From a virus: a DNA stretch of 64,000 nt. The DNA lies in IMG/VR virus record IMGVR_UViG_3300045988_137393; one strand, written 5' to 3'. The notes beneath the pieces are model-generated. The model was not told the origin of the DNA. It worked only from the letters and a program-made list of their open reading frames with translations, and made no database searches. The position numbers and the translations under genes are program-made. Shown here one piece after another: positions 53,994 through 63,720 of the stretch; the stretch's first letter is position 1, and each line of letters starts with the position of its first letter.

Positions 53994-54404
53994 ATGAAAA
54001 TTATGGGAACAATTCGTAGATTTGACGACTTAGGTAGAATAGTAATTCCAAAGGAAATTAGAAGACTGGTGTTTGGAAAAGCAGACGCAATTGGTGAGCC
54101 AATGGAAATATTTATTGACGGAGGAAATGTTGTACTCCGAAGATACGAGGAAATACAAACTTGTAAATGGATAAAATACGATTATAGAACGATTTGCCCG
54201 AAAGAACATGACGATGCTGATGATCCATATTGGAGGATACCTGAAAATATGGCAAATTTAAAATATTGTCCTTATTGTGGCAAAGAGATAGTTGTTGTAA
54301 ATAAAATCACAGTAAAACTTCGTTTCATTGTAAAAAATTTCTGGGCAATTCAGCTCAATAAAATTCCCAAATTAAAAAGAGAATATAGATATGTAACCAA
54401 TTAA
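53994..54404 (+). CDS. AbrB/SpoVT-family DNA-binding protein with C-terminal zinc ribbon
   Basis: GTIRRFDDLGRIVIPKEIRRLVF...MEIFIDGGNVVLRRYE = swapped-hairpin AbrB motif; C-term CKW...CPKE...CPYCGKE. Confidence 0.75.
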   Translation: MKIMGTIRRFDDLGRIVIPKEIRRLVFGKADAIGEPMEIFIDGGNVVLRRYEEIQTCKWIKYDYRTICPKEHDDADDPYWRIPENMANLKYCPYCGKEIVVVNKITVKLRFIVKNFWAIQLNKIPKLKREYRYVTN

Positions 54405-54444
54405 CATTCATATATAAAAATTATAGAAAAGGATAGTAAAACAG

Positions 54445-57045
54445 ATGAATGGATTGAGTAGTAAAGAAGTTCTCAAAAGTAGAGAGCTTCATGGAAGTAA
54501 TAAGCTTCCTGAACCAAAGTTGGACAAGTGGTATGACTTCGCAAAGGAGGCATTAAGTGAGAAAATCACAATGATTCTTATTGCAATTGCAGTATTACAG
54601 TTATTCCTTGGAGTCATGGGATTAATGGATTTATCAGATCCAATTATGATTCTTGTTGTATTAGCAATTGTAACATGTATTGCTGTTAAGACTGGACTTG
54701 GTGTTCAAAAATCAGCAGCAGAGTTGAGAGCCAAAACATCAGTCAGGTATTGTGACGTAATTCGTGATGGCAAAGTTCAAACAATTAATAAGGATGAATT
54801 GGTAGTTGGTGATATTGTTTGTGTAGGAATGGGACAAGAGATTTTTGCAGATGGATATCTCATTGAAGGTAAGATTTCTGTAAACAATGCAGCTATTAAT
54901 GGAGAAACAAAAGAGTGTAAGAAAACACCAATTGAAGGATACGTTCATAAGAAAACTACTTCAACAGATGCTTATACGAATAAGAATTGCTTATTTGCTG
55001 GCACAACAGTAATGTCAGGCGAAGGAAAAATGATTGTTACTGATGTAGGTGTGAATACAGTAAATGGTGATACACTTGTTAAAATGCAAACACTTGAAGC
55101 ACCAAAGACAGCACTTGATATTGCACTTGATAATCTGAGTGACTTCATTTCTAAGTGGGGAACAATCGCAGCCGTTATTACATTTGCGGTACTTACAATT
55201 TCAGGAATTGTGCAGGTTGGATTTGGAGAATATTTTAGCGGTGGCGTTCTGAATATTATTCAGAAAATTGCACAGAACTTCTCAGTAGCATTAACAATTA
55301 TTGTAGCTGCTGTTCCCGAAGGATTGCCTCTTATTGTAAAACTTGTAACAAAACAGAATGTAAAGACAATGGAGAAATTCAATATTCTTGCTAAGAATCC
55401 TGGTAAAATTCCAGAGTTAGCATATGTTGATATTATCTGTACTGATAAGACAGGTACTCTTACGACAGGTGTTATGACTCCAAAGAAGATTATTGATGGC
55501 TTTGGTAACGATGTAAATAAGGATTCAGTTCTTTGGAATAATATCAAGGCAAACATTTCTTTAAATAATAGTGCAACATTTGATTCAGAAAACAATATTA
55601 CAGGTGGTAATTCAATTGATAGAGCAGTTCTTAGCCTTGTAAATCCTGAAACATATGCTGACATTCAGAAAAAATATCCAGTTAAGTTAAAGCAGGTATT
55701 TAATAGTAGTAATAAGTATTCAGCTTTTACGACAAAGGATGGAATTACATACTATAAGGGTGCACCTGAGAAACTGATTGAGCATTGCACAAAAGTAATG
55801 GACTCAAGTGATAAAATTGTAGACAATAACGACAATGACACATTAAGTAATGCAATTACAGCAATGACAAGTAATGCAATGAGATGTATTGCAGTTACAA
55901 TGGCAGATGGTGATTTAGTAGAGAATGAAATACCGAATGATATGACATTCCTTGGAATTATTGGTGTTGTAGATCCTGTAAGAGATGAAGTACCGAGTGC
56001 AGTAAAAACAGCACATAAGGCTGGTATTCAAGTTATTGAAATTACAGGCGATTGTATTGAGACAGCAGTTGCAGTTGCTACAGAGTGTGGAATTTACAAA
56101 GATGGAGATTTAGCACTTACAAATGATGAATTTGAAGCGATGTCAGATGATGAAGTAAAGAGTATAATTCCTCGATTGAGAGTTATTTCAAGGTGTTCAC
56201 CAAACACAAAACTCAGACTTGTCACATTAGCACAGGAGATTGGAAAATCAGTTGCAATGACAGGTGATGGAGTAAATGATAGTCCTGCTTTAAAGAGAGC
56301 CGATGTTGGTTTTGGTATGCAAGGTGGTTCAGATGTTGCAAAAGAAGCATCAGATATTGTATTAACAGATGATAACTTTGCAAGCGTTGTAAAGGCAGTA
56401 GAACTTGGAAGAACATTTATGCACAATATTATGATGTTCCTTGAATTCCAGTTACCTATCAATATTTCACTTCTGATTCTCAGTGTTATCTATCCAATGA
56501 TTGTAACAGGTGCATTGCTCGCTTCAGTTCAGATTCTGATTGTAAATATCATTATGGATTCCCTTAATTCACTATCATTCGGTGGCGAACCACCAAAAGA
56601 TGAGTATATGACAGAGAAACCTATCAAGAAGGGTTCTGGCTTATTCATTAGAGGAGCAAAGAAACGTATTGCAATTAGTACAGTAGCATTTATTGTACTC
56701 TATGGAATTATTACATTTAGTCCAATTTCAGATATGTTTGCAACTGAAACAGAGGCTATAACAGCGAGATTTGCATTATTATGTTTCATGGCTGTATTTA
56801 ATGGATTTAACATTCGTACAGAGCATATTAATTTATTCAATGGTATTGGAAAGAACAAGTTATTTTCAGCCATTGCAATCGGAATTTTTGTAATGACGAT
56901 TGCTCTTTGTAGCTTTGCGGAAAATCTTATTAAGGTCACAGCTTTAGATTTCAAACATTGGGTAGTAGTTGTAATTTTAGCCTTTATGGTTATTCCAATT
57001 GATCTTATCAGAAAGATTATTGAGAAGAAAAGAGAGAATAAGTAA
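54445..57045 (+). CDS. P-type Ca2+-transporting ATPase (P2-type, YloB/LMCA1-like)
   Basis: 866 aa; GLSSKEVLKSRELHGSNKL N-terminus, TGE-region, VPEGLPLIV, ICTDKTGTLT phosphorylation site, ITGDCIETAVAVA, MTGDGVNDSPALKRADVGFGM; ~10 TM segments. Confidence 0.85.
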   Translation: MNGLSSKEVLKSRELHGSNKLPEPKLDKWYDFAKEALSEKITMILIAIAVLQLFLGVMGLMDLSDPIMILVVLAIVTCIAVKTGLGVQKSAAELRAKTSVRYCDVIRDGKVQTINKDELVVGDIVCVGMGQEIFADGYLIEGKISVNNAAINGETKECKKTPIEGYVHKKTTSTDAYTNKNCLFAGTTVMSGEGKMIVTDVGVNTVNGDTLVKMQTLEAPKTALDIALDNLSDFISKWGTIAAVITFAVLTISGIVQVGFGEYFSGGVLNIIQKIAQNFSVALTIIVAAVPEGLPLIVKLVTKQNVKTMEKFNILAKNPGKIPELAYVDIICTDKTGTLTTGVMTPKKIIDGFGNDVNKDSVLWNNIKANISLNNSATFDSENNITGGNSIDRAVLSLVNPETYADIQKKYPVKLKQVFNSSNKYSAFTTKDGITYYKGAPEKLIEHCTKVMDSSDKIVDNNDNDTLSNAITAMTSNAMRCIAVTMADGDLVENEIPNDMTFLGIIGVVDPVRDEVPSAVKTAHKAGIQVIEITGDCIETAVAVATECGIYKDGDLALTNDEFEAMSDDEVKSIIPRLRVISRCSPNTKLRLVTLAQEIGKSVAMTGDGVNDSPALKRADVGFGMQGGSDVAKEASDIVLTDDNFASVVKAVELGRTFMHNIMMFLEFQLPINISLLILSVIYPMIVTGALLASVQILIVNIIMDSLNSLSFGGEPPKDEYMTEKPIKKGSGLFIRGAKKRIAISTVAFIVLYGIITFSPISDMFATETEAITARFALLCFMAVFNGFNIRTEHINLFNGIGKNKLFSAIAIGIFVMTIALCSFAENLIKVTALDFKHWVVVVILAFMVIPIDLIRKIIEKKRENK

Positions 57046-57061
57046 TTGAGGAGATGAGAGC

Positions 57062-57265
57062 ATGGTAAGGAGAGATAAAAGTTATAAAAAAGTAGAGATT
57101 ATTACTATTATATGCTTTTCAATTAGTGTTATTACAGTATGTATTACACGCTTTATTCCATTTATTTTTCTGACGTTACTCACATTCCCAATTTCTTTTA
57201 AATTATTAAAAGGGAAGGTTGACAGCCTTCCCAAGAATAAGGAGGACAAACAATATGTCAATTAG
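57062..57265 (+). CDS. small membrane protein
   Basis: 67 aa with two hydrophobic helices; GAGGAG RBS. Confidence 0.55.
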   Translation: MVRRDKSYKKVEIITIICFSISVITVCITRFIPFIFLTLLTFPISFKLLKGKVDSLPKNKEDKQYVN

Positions 57266-57833
57266 TTTAGTTAAAGGTCAGAAGATTGACCTTACAAAAG
57301 GTAATGCAGGTTTAAACAAAGTCGTATTTGGTCTTGGATGGGATACAAATAGATACGATGGTAATGCAGATTTCGATTTGGATGTATCAGCATTTTTTAC
57401 TGATGATTCAGGAAAGGTAACAGGCGAACAGGATTTTGTATTTTATGGTCAGCCACAGCATCCAAGCGGAGCATTGATTTATTCTGGCGATAATAGAACA
57501 GGTGTAGGTGATGGCGATGACGAGACAATGATTGTTGAGTTAAATAAGATTCCATCTAATATTACAAAGATTAGCTTCTCAGCGACAATTTATGATGCAG
57601 AAAATCGTTTACAGAATTTCGGAATGGTTGATAATTCGTACATTAGAGCATACAACGCTGATACAAATGAGGAACTTTTCAAATATGAACTTAATGAGGA
57701 TTTCTCATTAGAGACAGGTGTTATTGCAGGTGAGTTGTATCGTAAGAACGGTGAATGGAAGTTTAATGCAGTTGGTTCAGGTTACAATGGTGGTTTAGCT
57801 GCTATTGGTAGAAATTTTGGTCTTGATTTATAA
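57255..57833 (+). CDS. terD: TerD-family protein 1
   Basis: MSISLVKGQKIDLTK...GLGWD...DFDLDVSAF...SGDNRTGVGDGDDETM (Ca2+-site motif); AAGGAGGA RBS. Confidence 0.9.
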   Translation: MSISLVKGQKIDLTKGNAGLNKVVFGLGWDTNRYDGNADFDLDVSAFFTDDSGKVTGEQDFVFYGQPQHPSGALIYSGDNRTGVGDGDDETMIVELNKIPSNITKISFSATIYDAENRLQNFGMVDNSYIRAYNADTNEELFKYELNEDFSLETGVIAGELYRKNGEWKFNAVGSGYNGGLAAIGRNFGLDL

Positions 57834-57851
57834 AATGGAAGGAGAATATAT

Positions 57852-58427
57852 ATGTCAGTAAATTTAGTAAAAGGACAGAAAATTAATTTATCTAAGGAAG
57901 TAGCAGGTGGTCTTACAAAGATTATGGTAGGACTTGGATGGGATGCTGCTAAGAAAGGATTATTTGGTTCTAAGCCAAACATTGATTGCGATGCTTCAGC
58001 AATTATTTTAGGAAAAGATGATAAGTATCGCACATGTGTTTATTATGGTGACAGATCAGCGGAAGACAGATGTGTGTATCATCATGGCGACAACCTCACA
58101 GGAGATGGAGACGGTGATGATGAGCAGATTACAGTTGATCTTGCGAATATTACAAATAAGGTTGAGAAGATTGTATTTGTAGTAAATATCTATGATTGTA
58201 TTTCAAGAAAGCAGGATTTTGGACTTATCAAGAATGCGTACATTAGACTTGTTGATGAGTCAACTGGTAAGGAAATTTGTAAATACAATCTTTCAGATGA
58301 TTATGCTGGCAAGACAGCAATGATATTTGCAGAGGTTTATAAGAAAGACGGAGAGTGGAAATTTAACGCTATCGGTCAGGGAACAAATGATTCAAGTGTT
58401 AGCGAATTAACAAGAAGATACAAATAG
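57852..58427 (+). CDS. terD: TerD-family protein 2
   Basis: MSVNLVKGQKINLSK...GLGWD...HGDNLTGDGDGDDEQI. Confidence 0.9.
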   Translation: MSVNLVKGQKINLSKEVAGGLTKIMVGLGWDAAKKGLFGSKPNIDCDASAIILGKDDKYRTCVYYGDRSAEDRCVYHHGDNLTGDGDGDDEQITVDLANITNKVEKIVFVVNIYDCISRKQDFGLIKNAYIRLVDESTGKEICKYNLSDDYAGKTAMIFAEVYKKDGEWKFNAIGQGTNDSSVSELTRRYK

Positions 58428-58439
58428 GAGGATTTAATT

Positions 58440-59021
58440 ATGTCAGTTTCGTTAAGTAAAGGACAGAGAGTAGATTTAACAAAGGGTAGACCGTCATTAA
58501 AAAACATTCTTGTTGGACTTGGATGGGATATTAATCATTATGATGGAGAAGCAGATTTTGACCTCGATGCATCCGTGTTTATGACAAAAGAGAATGGTAA
58601 GGTTGGCAAGGATGAGGATTTCATTTTCTATGGTAATCTTGAACATAGTTCAAAGAGTGTAAAGCATATGGGAGATAACCGTACAGGTGAGGGAGATGGA
58701 GATGATGAGGTTATTAAGATTAAACTTGATAAAATCCCATCAGACTACGAGACTCTTGCTGTGACGGTCACAATTTATGATGCTGAGAGTAGACTTCAGA
58801 ACTTCGGTATGGTTGGAAATGCATATGTGCGTGTAGTAGACGAAGAGACAGGCGAGGAACTTATTCGTTTTGATTTAAGTGAAGACTTCTCTACCGAGAC
58901 TGCGTTAGTCGTAGCTGAAATTTATAAACATAATGGTGAATGGAAGTTTAAGGCTGTAGGAAGTGGCTATAACGGTGGATTAAAAGCATTATGTAATCAG
59001 TATAGAATTGATGCAGAGTAG
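58440..59021 (+). CDS. terD: TerD-family protein 3
   Basis: MSVSLSKGQRVDLTK...GLGWD...MGDNRTGEGDGDDEVI. Confidence 0.9.
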   Translation: MSVSLSKGQRVDLTKGRPSLKNILVGLGWDINHYDGEADFDLDASVFMTKENGKVGKDEDFIFYGNLEHSSKSVKHMGDNRTGEGDGDDEVIKIKLDKIPSDYETLAVTVTIYDAESRLQNFGMVGNAYVRVVDEETGEELIRFDLSEDFSTETALVVAEIYKHNGEWKFKAVGSGYNGGLKALCNQYRIDAE

Positions 59022-59030
59022 GAGGATTGT

Positions 59031-59780
59031 ATGACAAATTTTATGTTTATTATAATTGTGGCGATTGTATTAATTGCACTGATCCTTTTCTTTACTCCTT
59101 TTGGTAAACAGCTTCGAGTAAAATTTAAAGGAAGAACGGATGAAGTGATGCGTCAGGATGCACAGACACCAGAAGGTGCTAGAGATTATTACAATGCAGC
59201 CATTAGAGAAAAGGAAGACTTTTATAACAAGGCATCTGCTACATATGCTGAAATTTCAGGAAAGCGTGATACAGCAGAAAAAGACTTATATCAGGCGAAT
59301 AAAGATATTATGCGTGTTACACAGCAGATTAATGCTTGTCTTGATGAAAATAAAGAAAATGAAGCAATGCAGTATGCAATGAAGAAGTCTACTTTGGAGA
59401 ATAAGATTAATGTACTAAAAGATACAATTGAAGAGATGAAAGAAGCACAGGTTCACCAAAAAGACATTCGTGATCAGGTAGCCGAAGAATTGCAGAAACT
59501 TAAAGAGGAAAAGGAACAGGTTCTTTTTCAGATGGAAGCTGATAGTCAGATTATCGAACTTCATCAGAGTATGGATAGTCTTAATACGAATAATGAGAGC
59601 GATAGAATGCTTGAAAGAGTTCGTGAAGGAGCAAGAAAGACAAGAGAACGTGCAGAAGGAAGTAGAATTGCATATGATTCTAGCGCACAGGCTAATGAGA
59701 GAAGACTTGCTAATTCTGAAAGAGAGCGCAATGCTCGTCAGATCCTTGATGATATGAAGAGACAGAGGGGTAATAAGTAA
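59031..59780 (+). CDS. membrane-anchored coiled-coil protein, PspA/IM30-like
   Basis: N-terminal TM FMFIIIVAIVLIALILFF followed by ~200 aa heptad-rich, charged sequence with PspA-like layout; assignment by pattern only. Confidence 0.4.
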   Translation: MTNFMFIIIVAIVLIALILFFTPFGKQLRVKFKGRTDEVMRQDAQTPEGARDYYNAAIREKEDFYNKASATYAEISGKRDTAEKDLYQANKDIMRVTQQINACLDENKENEAMQYAMKKSTLENKINVLKDTIEEMKEAQVHQKDIRDQVAEELQKLKEEKEQVLFQMEADSQIIELHQSMDSLNTNNESDRMLERVREGARKTRERAEGSRIAYDSSAQANERRLANSERERNARQILDDMKRQRGNK

Positions 59781-59872
59781 TGATTGTATTAAACATTGGA
59801 GTTTTCGTAATCTGTCTTGGAGTATGCTTTGGAGCAGGTTTTATTGTAGGAAAACGTAAAAAGAATAAATAA
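59780..59872 (+). CDS. small hydrophobic peptide (30 aa)
   Basis: ATG overlaps previous stop (TAATG); MIVLNIGVFVICLGVCFGAGFIVGKRKKNK. Confidence 0.4.
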   Translation: MIVLNIGVFVICLGVCFGAGFIVGKRKKNK

Positions 59873-59877
59873 TTCAA

Positions 59878-59907
59878 GAGTTAGTAGGTGTCATAGCCTA
59901 CTGACTC
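59878..59907 (+). terminator. 11-bp stem-loop, possible terminator
   Basis: GAGTTAGTAGG/CCTACTGACTC; not followed by a T run. Confidence 0.35.
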
Positions 59908-60019
59908 TATCAATACACCATATGTAGTGATTGGAGAATGTAATATATACTTTATATGGTGTATAAATTGCATTAGAAAGAAACGCACATTTCTTGCGGA
60001 TTTTTGGAGGTGAAATCTT

Positions 60020-60268
60020 TTGAAAGTTGTTGGAAACAAAGAAGATGTTAATCGAATAGAATTGTCACATAAAGGTTTGAATGTCAGTTTTAATTGTTCT
60101 ATGAAGCCATTGCCTTATGATTATAATATTGATATATCTAAACCTAAAACAATTGAGATAATATTCAAAGATTCTTACGAAATAGAAGCTTTGATAGATG
60201 TATTAGAAAAATTTAAAAAAGAGTGTTTTGGGCTTATTGGAGAATGGAGACAATATTATGACGAATAA
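60020..60268 (+). CDS. hypothetical protein
   Basis: TTG start 8 nt after GGAGGTG. Confidence 0.6.
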   Translation: MKVVGNKEDVNRIELSHKGLNVSFNCSMKPLPYDYNIDISKPKTIEIIFKDSYEIEALIDVLEKFKKECFGLIGEWRQYYDE

Positions 60269-60800
60269 AGAGCAAAATAATTTAAGCAAATACATAGCAT
60301 TAATTCTTAGACATAGACCTGATGTTGTTGGCATCACATTAGACGAACATGGCTGGGCTAATGTATCAGATTTATTAAAGGGAATCAATAAAACTCAGAC
60401 AATTACAATGAAAATGCTTGAAAAAATTGTAGAAGAAGATTCTAAACAGAGATATTCATTTAATCGAGAGAAGACGCTTATCAGAGCAAATCAAGGTCAT
60501 TCTGTAAAAGTCGATGTAGAATTGAAAGAGTGTATGCCACCAGATATTTTATATCATGGAACAGGTGTTAAATATTGCTCTTCAATCAATAAACAAGGGT
60601 TAATATCCAAGAGTCGTTTATATGTCCATCTATCAAAAGATATTGAAACAGCAACAAATGTTGGCAGTAGACATGGAGAACCGTTTATTTATAAGGTTAG
60701 AGCAAAAGATATGTATAATGACGGATATAAATTCTTTTTATCTCAAAATGATGTATGGCTTACAAAAGAAGTACCAATCTGTTATTTAGAAGGAGAATAA
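60258..60800 (+). CDS. kptA: RNA 2'-phosphotransferase Tpt1/KptA
   Basis: LSKYIALILRHRPDVVGITLDEHGWANVSDLL...KQRYSF...IRANQGHS...LYHGT...GLISKSRLYVHLS...NDVWLTKEVP follows the Tpt1 R-H-R-R catalytic pattern. Confidence 0.85.
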   Translation: MTNKEQNNLSKYIALILRHRPDVVGITLDEHGWANVSDLLKGINKTQTITMKMLEKIVEEDSKQRYSFNREKTLIRANQGHSVKVDVELKECMPPDILYHGTGVKYCSSINKQGLISKSRLYVHLSKDIETATNVGSRHGEPFIYKVRAKDMYNDGYKFFLSQNDVWLTKEVPICYLEGE

Positions 60801-60804
60801 TACA

Positions 60805-61353
60805 ATGTCAAATTTATATGTATATTTAATTCGTTCTCGTAACAAGGATAATAAGGATATTCCAAATTTTAAGCAACGAGATAAGACAATTCTTGAATAT
60901 AAAGAGAATGAAGACGAAATAATTGAAGAATTTAAAAGTTTTGCAACTAAAGGAGTTCCTGGTGAACAGACAAGATTATATAGATCAGTTAATTCTAGGA
61001 ACGAAGAGAAAATCAGGGAAGAATTTATTATTCGTCTGCTGAGAGACAAGCCAAGTATGACACAGCTTAATCGTACATTAGCTTCAGTTGCACAGCAAGT
61101 ACAAAATCGTGACGAGAGTAAATGGTTGTTTGACTTTGATGTGGACAATGAAGAAAAAGTAGAAGATTTTATTGACGATATTTATTTTTATTCAGAATTG
61201 GATAATCACGAATTGCATAAGACTCCACATGGCTATGCAATCATTGTTCCGCATAGATTTGATACAAGAGAGTTGATGGAAAAGTGGAAAGATTATGATA
61301 TCACATTGAAGAAAGATGAGTTGTTGTTTTTGGATATGATAACGAATAAGTGA
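60805..61353 (+). CDS. hypothetical protein between kptA and cca
   Basis: 182-aa ORF, AGGAGAA RBS; no motif recognised. Confidence 0.7.
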   Translation: MSNLYVYLIRSRNKDNKDIPNFKQRDKTILEYKENEDEIIEEFKSFATKGVPGEQTRLYRSVNSRNEEKIREEFIIRLLRDKPSMTQLNRTLASVAQQVQNRDESKWLFDFDVDNEEKVEDFIDDIYFYSELDNHELHKTPHGYAIIVPHRFDTRELMEKWKDYDITLKKDELLFLDMITNK

Positions 61354-61390
61354 TATTTTATTGATATACCAAAAATTGAGGTGAATTTGG

Positions 61391-62800
61391 ATGAAAAGAT
61401 TGAAAATTGAAATTCCATCTGGTGCAAATGAAATTATCCATAGTCTACAAAACAATGGATATGAAGCTTTCTTAGTTGGAGGGTGCGTAAGAGATAGTAT
61501 TCTTGGCAGAATAATTCACGATTATGACATTACAACTTCTGCCACACCAGATGAAATGATGGAAGTATTTAAGGATAAAAGAATTATTGAAACTGGATTA
61601 CAACATGGAACTATTACCATTATAATTGACGGTGAAGGATATGAATGTACCACTTACAGAATTGACGGTAATTACTCAGATAGTCGTAGACCTGATAGCA
61701 TAACATTTACACGAAATCTTAAAGAAGATTTAAAGCGTAGAGATTTTACAATCAATGCGATGGCATACAATGATGAAGTTGGACTTGTAGATCCGTTTAA
61801 TGGCATGGAAGATATTGAGCATTATAAAATCAGATGTGTTGGTAGAGCAGAGGATAGATTTTCAGAAGATGCTTTAAGGATTTTACGTGCTATTCGGTTT
61901 GCTTCACAACTGGGATTTGTCCTTGAACCTGATACAGATTGGAATATCTCTAAAATGTATAAGAATTTGGAGAATATATCTATTGAAAGGATCAATAGTG
62001 AGTTCTGTAAAATTGCTGCATCGAGTGATTTCTGTGTACAAATGGTCTTATATCACGAAGTATTCTCATTGTTCATTCCTGAAATTAAAGATATGTTTGG
62101 CTTTCAACAGAATAATCCATATCACATGTATGATGTATGGAATCATACCGTACATGCAGTACAAGCATATTCTTGTGATTGTGAAGAAGACTTAAATCCA
62201 ATAGATTTAATTACGTCATTAGCGGTGTTCTTTCATGACATAGGAAAGCCACACTGTTATCAAGACGGTGAGGATGGCATTAGACATTTTAAAGGGCATG
62301 GAAAAGTCAGTGCTGATATGACTGATACAATTATGAAAAGACTTCGTTTTGATAATGATACAAGAGAAAAAGTAGTGCAGCTTGTTTATTATCATGATGC
62401 AACTTTTGAAGTGGGTGAAAAGTATATCAAGAGATGGCTCAATAAGATTGGAGAAGAACAATTTAGAAGATTACTGAATGTTCGTAGAGCTGATATTAAA
62501 GCGCAGGCTTATACAGAGCAAGAGAGTAGGCTTCAGAAAATTGACAATATCGAATATATCTTAGAGGAAGTTTTACAGAAAGACGAATGTTTCTCACTGA
62601 AAGATTTGGCTGTTAATGGCAATGATTTGATTGAGATTGGATATAAGCCAGGAAAAGAAATAGGGAATACACTGAATTGTCTTTTACAGTTAGTAATTGA
62701 AGGTGTATATCTAAACGAGAAAAGTGAGTTACTTAAATATGTTGAGACAACAAAAGAATGGATGAAGTTAGGAGAGAATTATAATGGTAAGATTATTTAG
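61391..62800 (+). CDS. cca: CCA-adding tRNA nucleotidyltransferase with HD domain
   Basis: LVGGCVRDSILGRIIHDYDITT (class II NTase G[SG]..RD..L...D.D), RDFTINAMA, ALRILRAIRFASQLGF, HD motif FFHDIGKP. Confidence 0.85.
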   Translation: MKRLKIEIPSGANEIIHSLQNNGYEAFLVGGCVRDSILGRIIHDYDITTSATPDEMMEVFKDKRIIETGLQHGTITIIIDGEGYECTTYRIDGNYSDSRRPDSITFTRNLKEDLKRRDFTINAMAYNDEVGLVDPFNGMEDIEHYKIRCVGRAEDRFSEDALRILRAIRFASQLGFVLEPDTDWNISKMYKNLENISIERINSEFCKIAASSDFCVQMVLYHEVFSLFIPEIKDMFGFQQNNPYHMYDVWNHTVHAVQAYSCDCEEDLNPIDLITSLAVFFHDIGKPHCYQDGEDGIRHFKGHGKVSADMTDTIMKRLRFDNDTREKVVQLVYYHDATFEVGEKYIKRWLNKIGEEQFRRLLNVRRADIKAQAYTEQESRLQKIDNIEYILEEVLQKDECFSLKDLAVNGNDLIEIGYKPGKEIGNTLNCLLQLVIEGVYLNEKSELLKYVETTKEWMKLGENYNGKII

Positions 62801-63707
62801 CCACAGTGATTTAGACGGAATCGGTTGTGCAGTTTTGGCAAAACTTGCATTTGGTAAAGATGTAGATATTTCATACTGTGATTACGACAATATTGATTCA
62901 ACTGTAAAGGAATATTTGGAAACAGAACAGGACGACACAATCCCAATTTATATTACCGATATTCGTGTCAATGAAGAAACTGCTGAGTTGCTAAATAAAA
63001 GAGGCAATGTTCAGTTATTAGATCATCATCCAACAGCTCTTGGATTAAATAAGTATGATTGGTGTGATGTAGTTATCGAAGATTCCAAAGGAATTAAAAC
63101 ATCGGGAACTATGTTGTTTTATCATTGGTTAGGTATGAATGGTAGCCTGAGTGAAGAGTTAGAGAATAATAATGCGTTAGAGAGATTTGCTGAATTAGTG
63201 AGAGATTATGACACTTGGAGATGGTCAGAACTTGGTGAAGATGGAGTTATTTGTAAGCAGGTGAACGATTTACTTTATCTGTATGGTCGAGATGATTTTA
63301 TTCATTGGTGTATTTCGGAGATACGTGGTGAAATATTCCCATTGTTATCTGCTAAAGATGAGGTTGTTCTGAAGATTAAGCAGGATGAAATTGATAGATA
63401 TATCAAGGAGAAGAATGAAACCATGTTTACCAGTCCTATGTGTGGTAAGGTTTGTGGTTTTGTATTTGCAGATAGGTTTGTTAGTGAATTAGGTAATAGA
63501 CTTTGTAAAATGCATCCTGAAATTGATTTTGTGGCAATGATTGATATTGATGGTTGTACGGTATCTTATAGAACCGTTAAAGAAGATATTGATCTTGGTA
63601 AAGATGTAGCAAGTTTATTTGGTGGCGGTGGTCATCCAAAAGCTGCTGGTTCAGAATTTGGTCAGAGTATTAAGTTGAAAATTATTGGGGAAATCTTTGG
63701 ACAGTGA
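62784..63707 (+). CDS. DHH/DHHA1 phosphoesterase (NrnA-like)
   Basis: FSHSDLDGIGCAVL (motif I), YITDI, LLDHHPT (DHH), C-terminal FGGGGHPKAAG (DHHA1 GGGH). Confidence 0.8.
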   Translation: MVRLFSHSDLDGIGCAVLAKLAFGKDVDISYCDYDNIDSTVKEYLETEQDDTIPIYITDIRVNEETAELLNKRGNVQLLDHHPTALGLNKYDWCDVVIEDSKGIKTSGTMLFYHWLGMNGSLSEELENNNALERFAELVRDYDTWRWSELGEDGVICKQVNDLLYLYGRDDFIHWCISEIRGEIFPLLSAKDEVVLKIKQDEIDRYIKEKNETMFTSPMCGKVCGFVFADRFVSELGNRLCKMHPEIDFVAMIDIDGCTVSYRTVKEDIDLGKDVASLFGGGGHPKAAGSEFGQSIKLKIIGEIFGQ

Positions 63708-63720
63708 GGTGAGAGAATAA

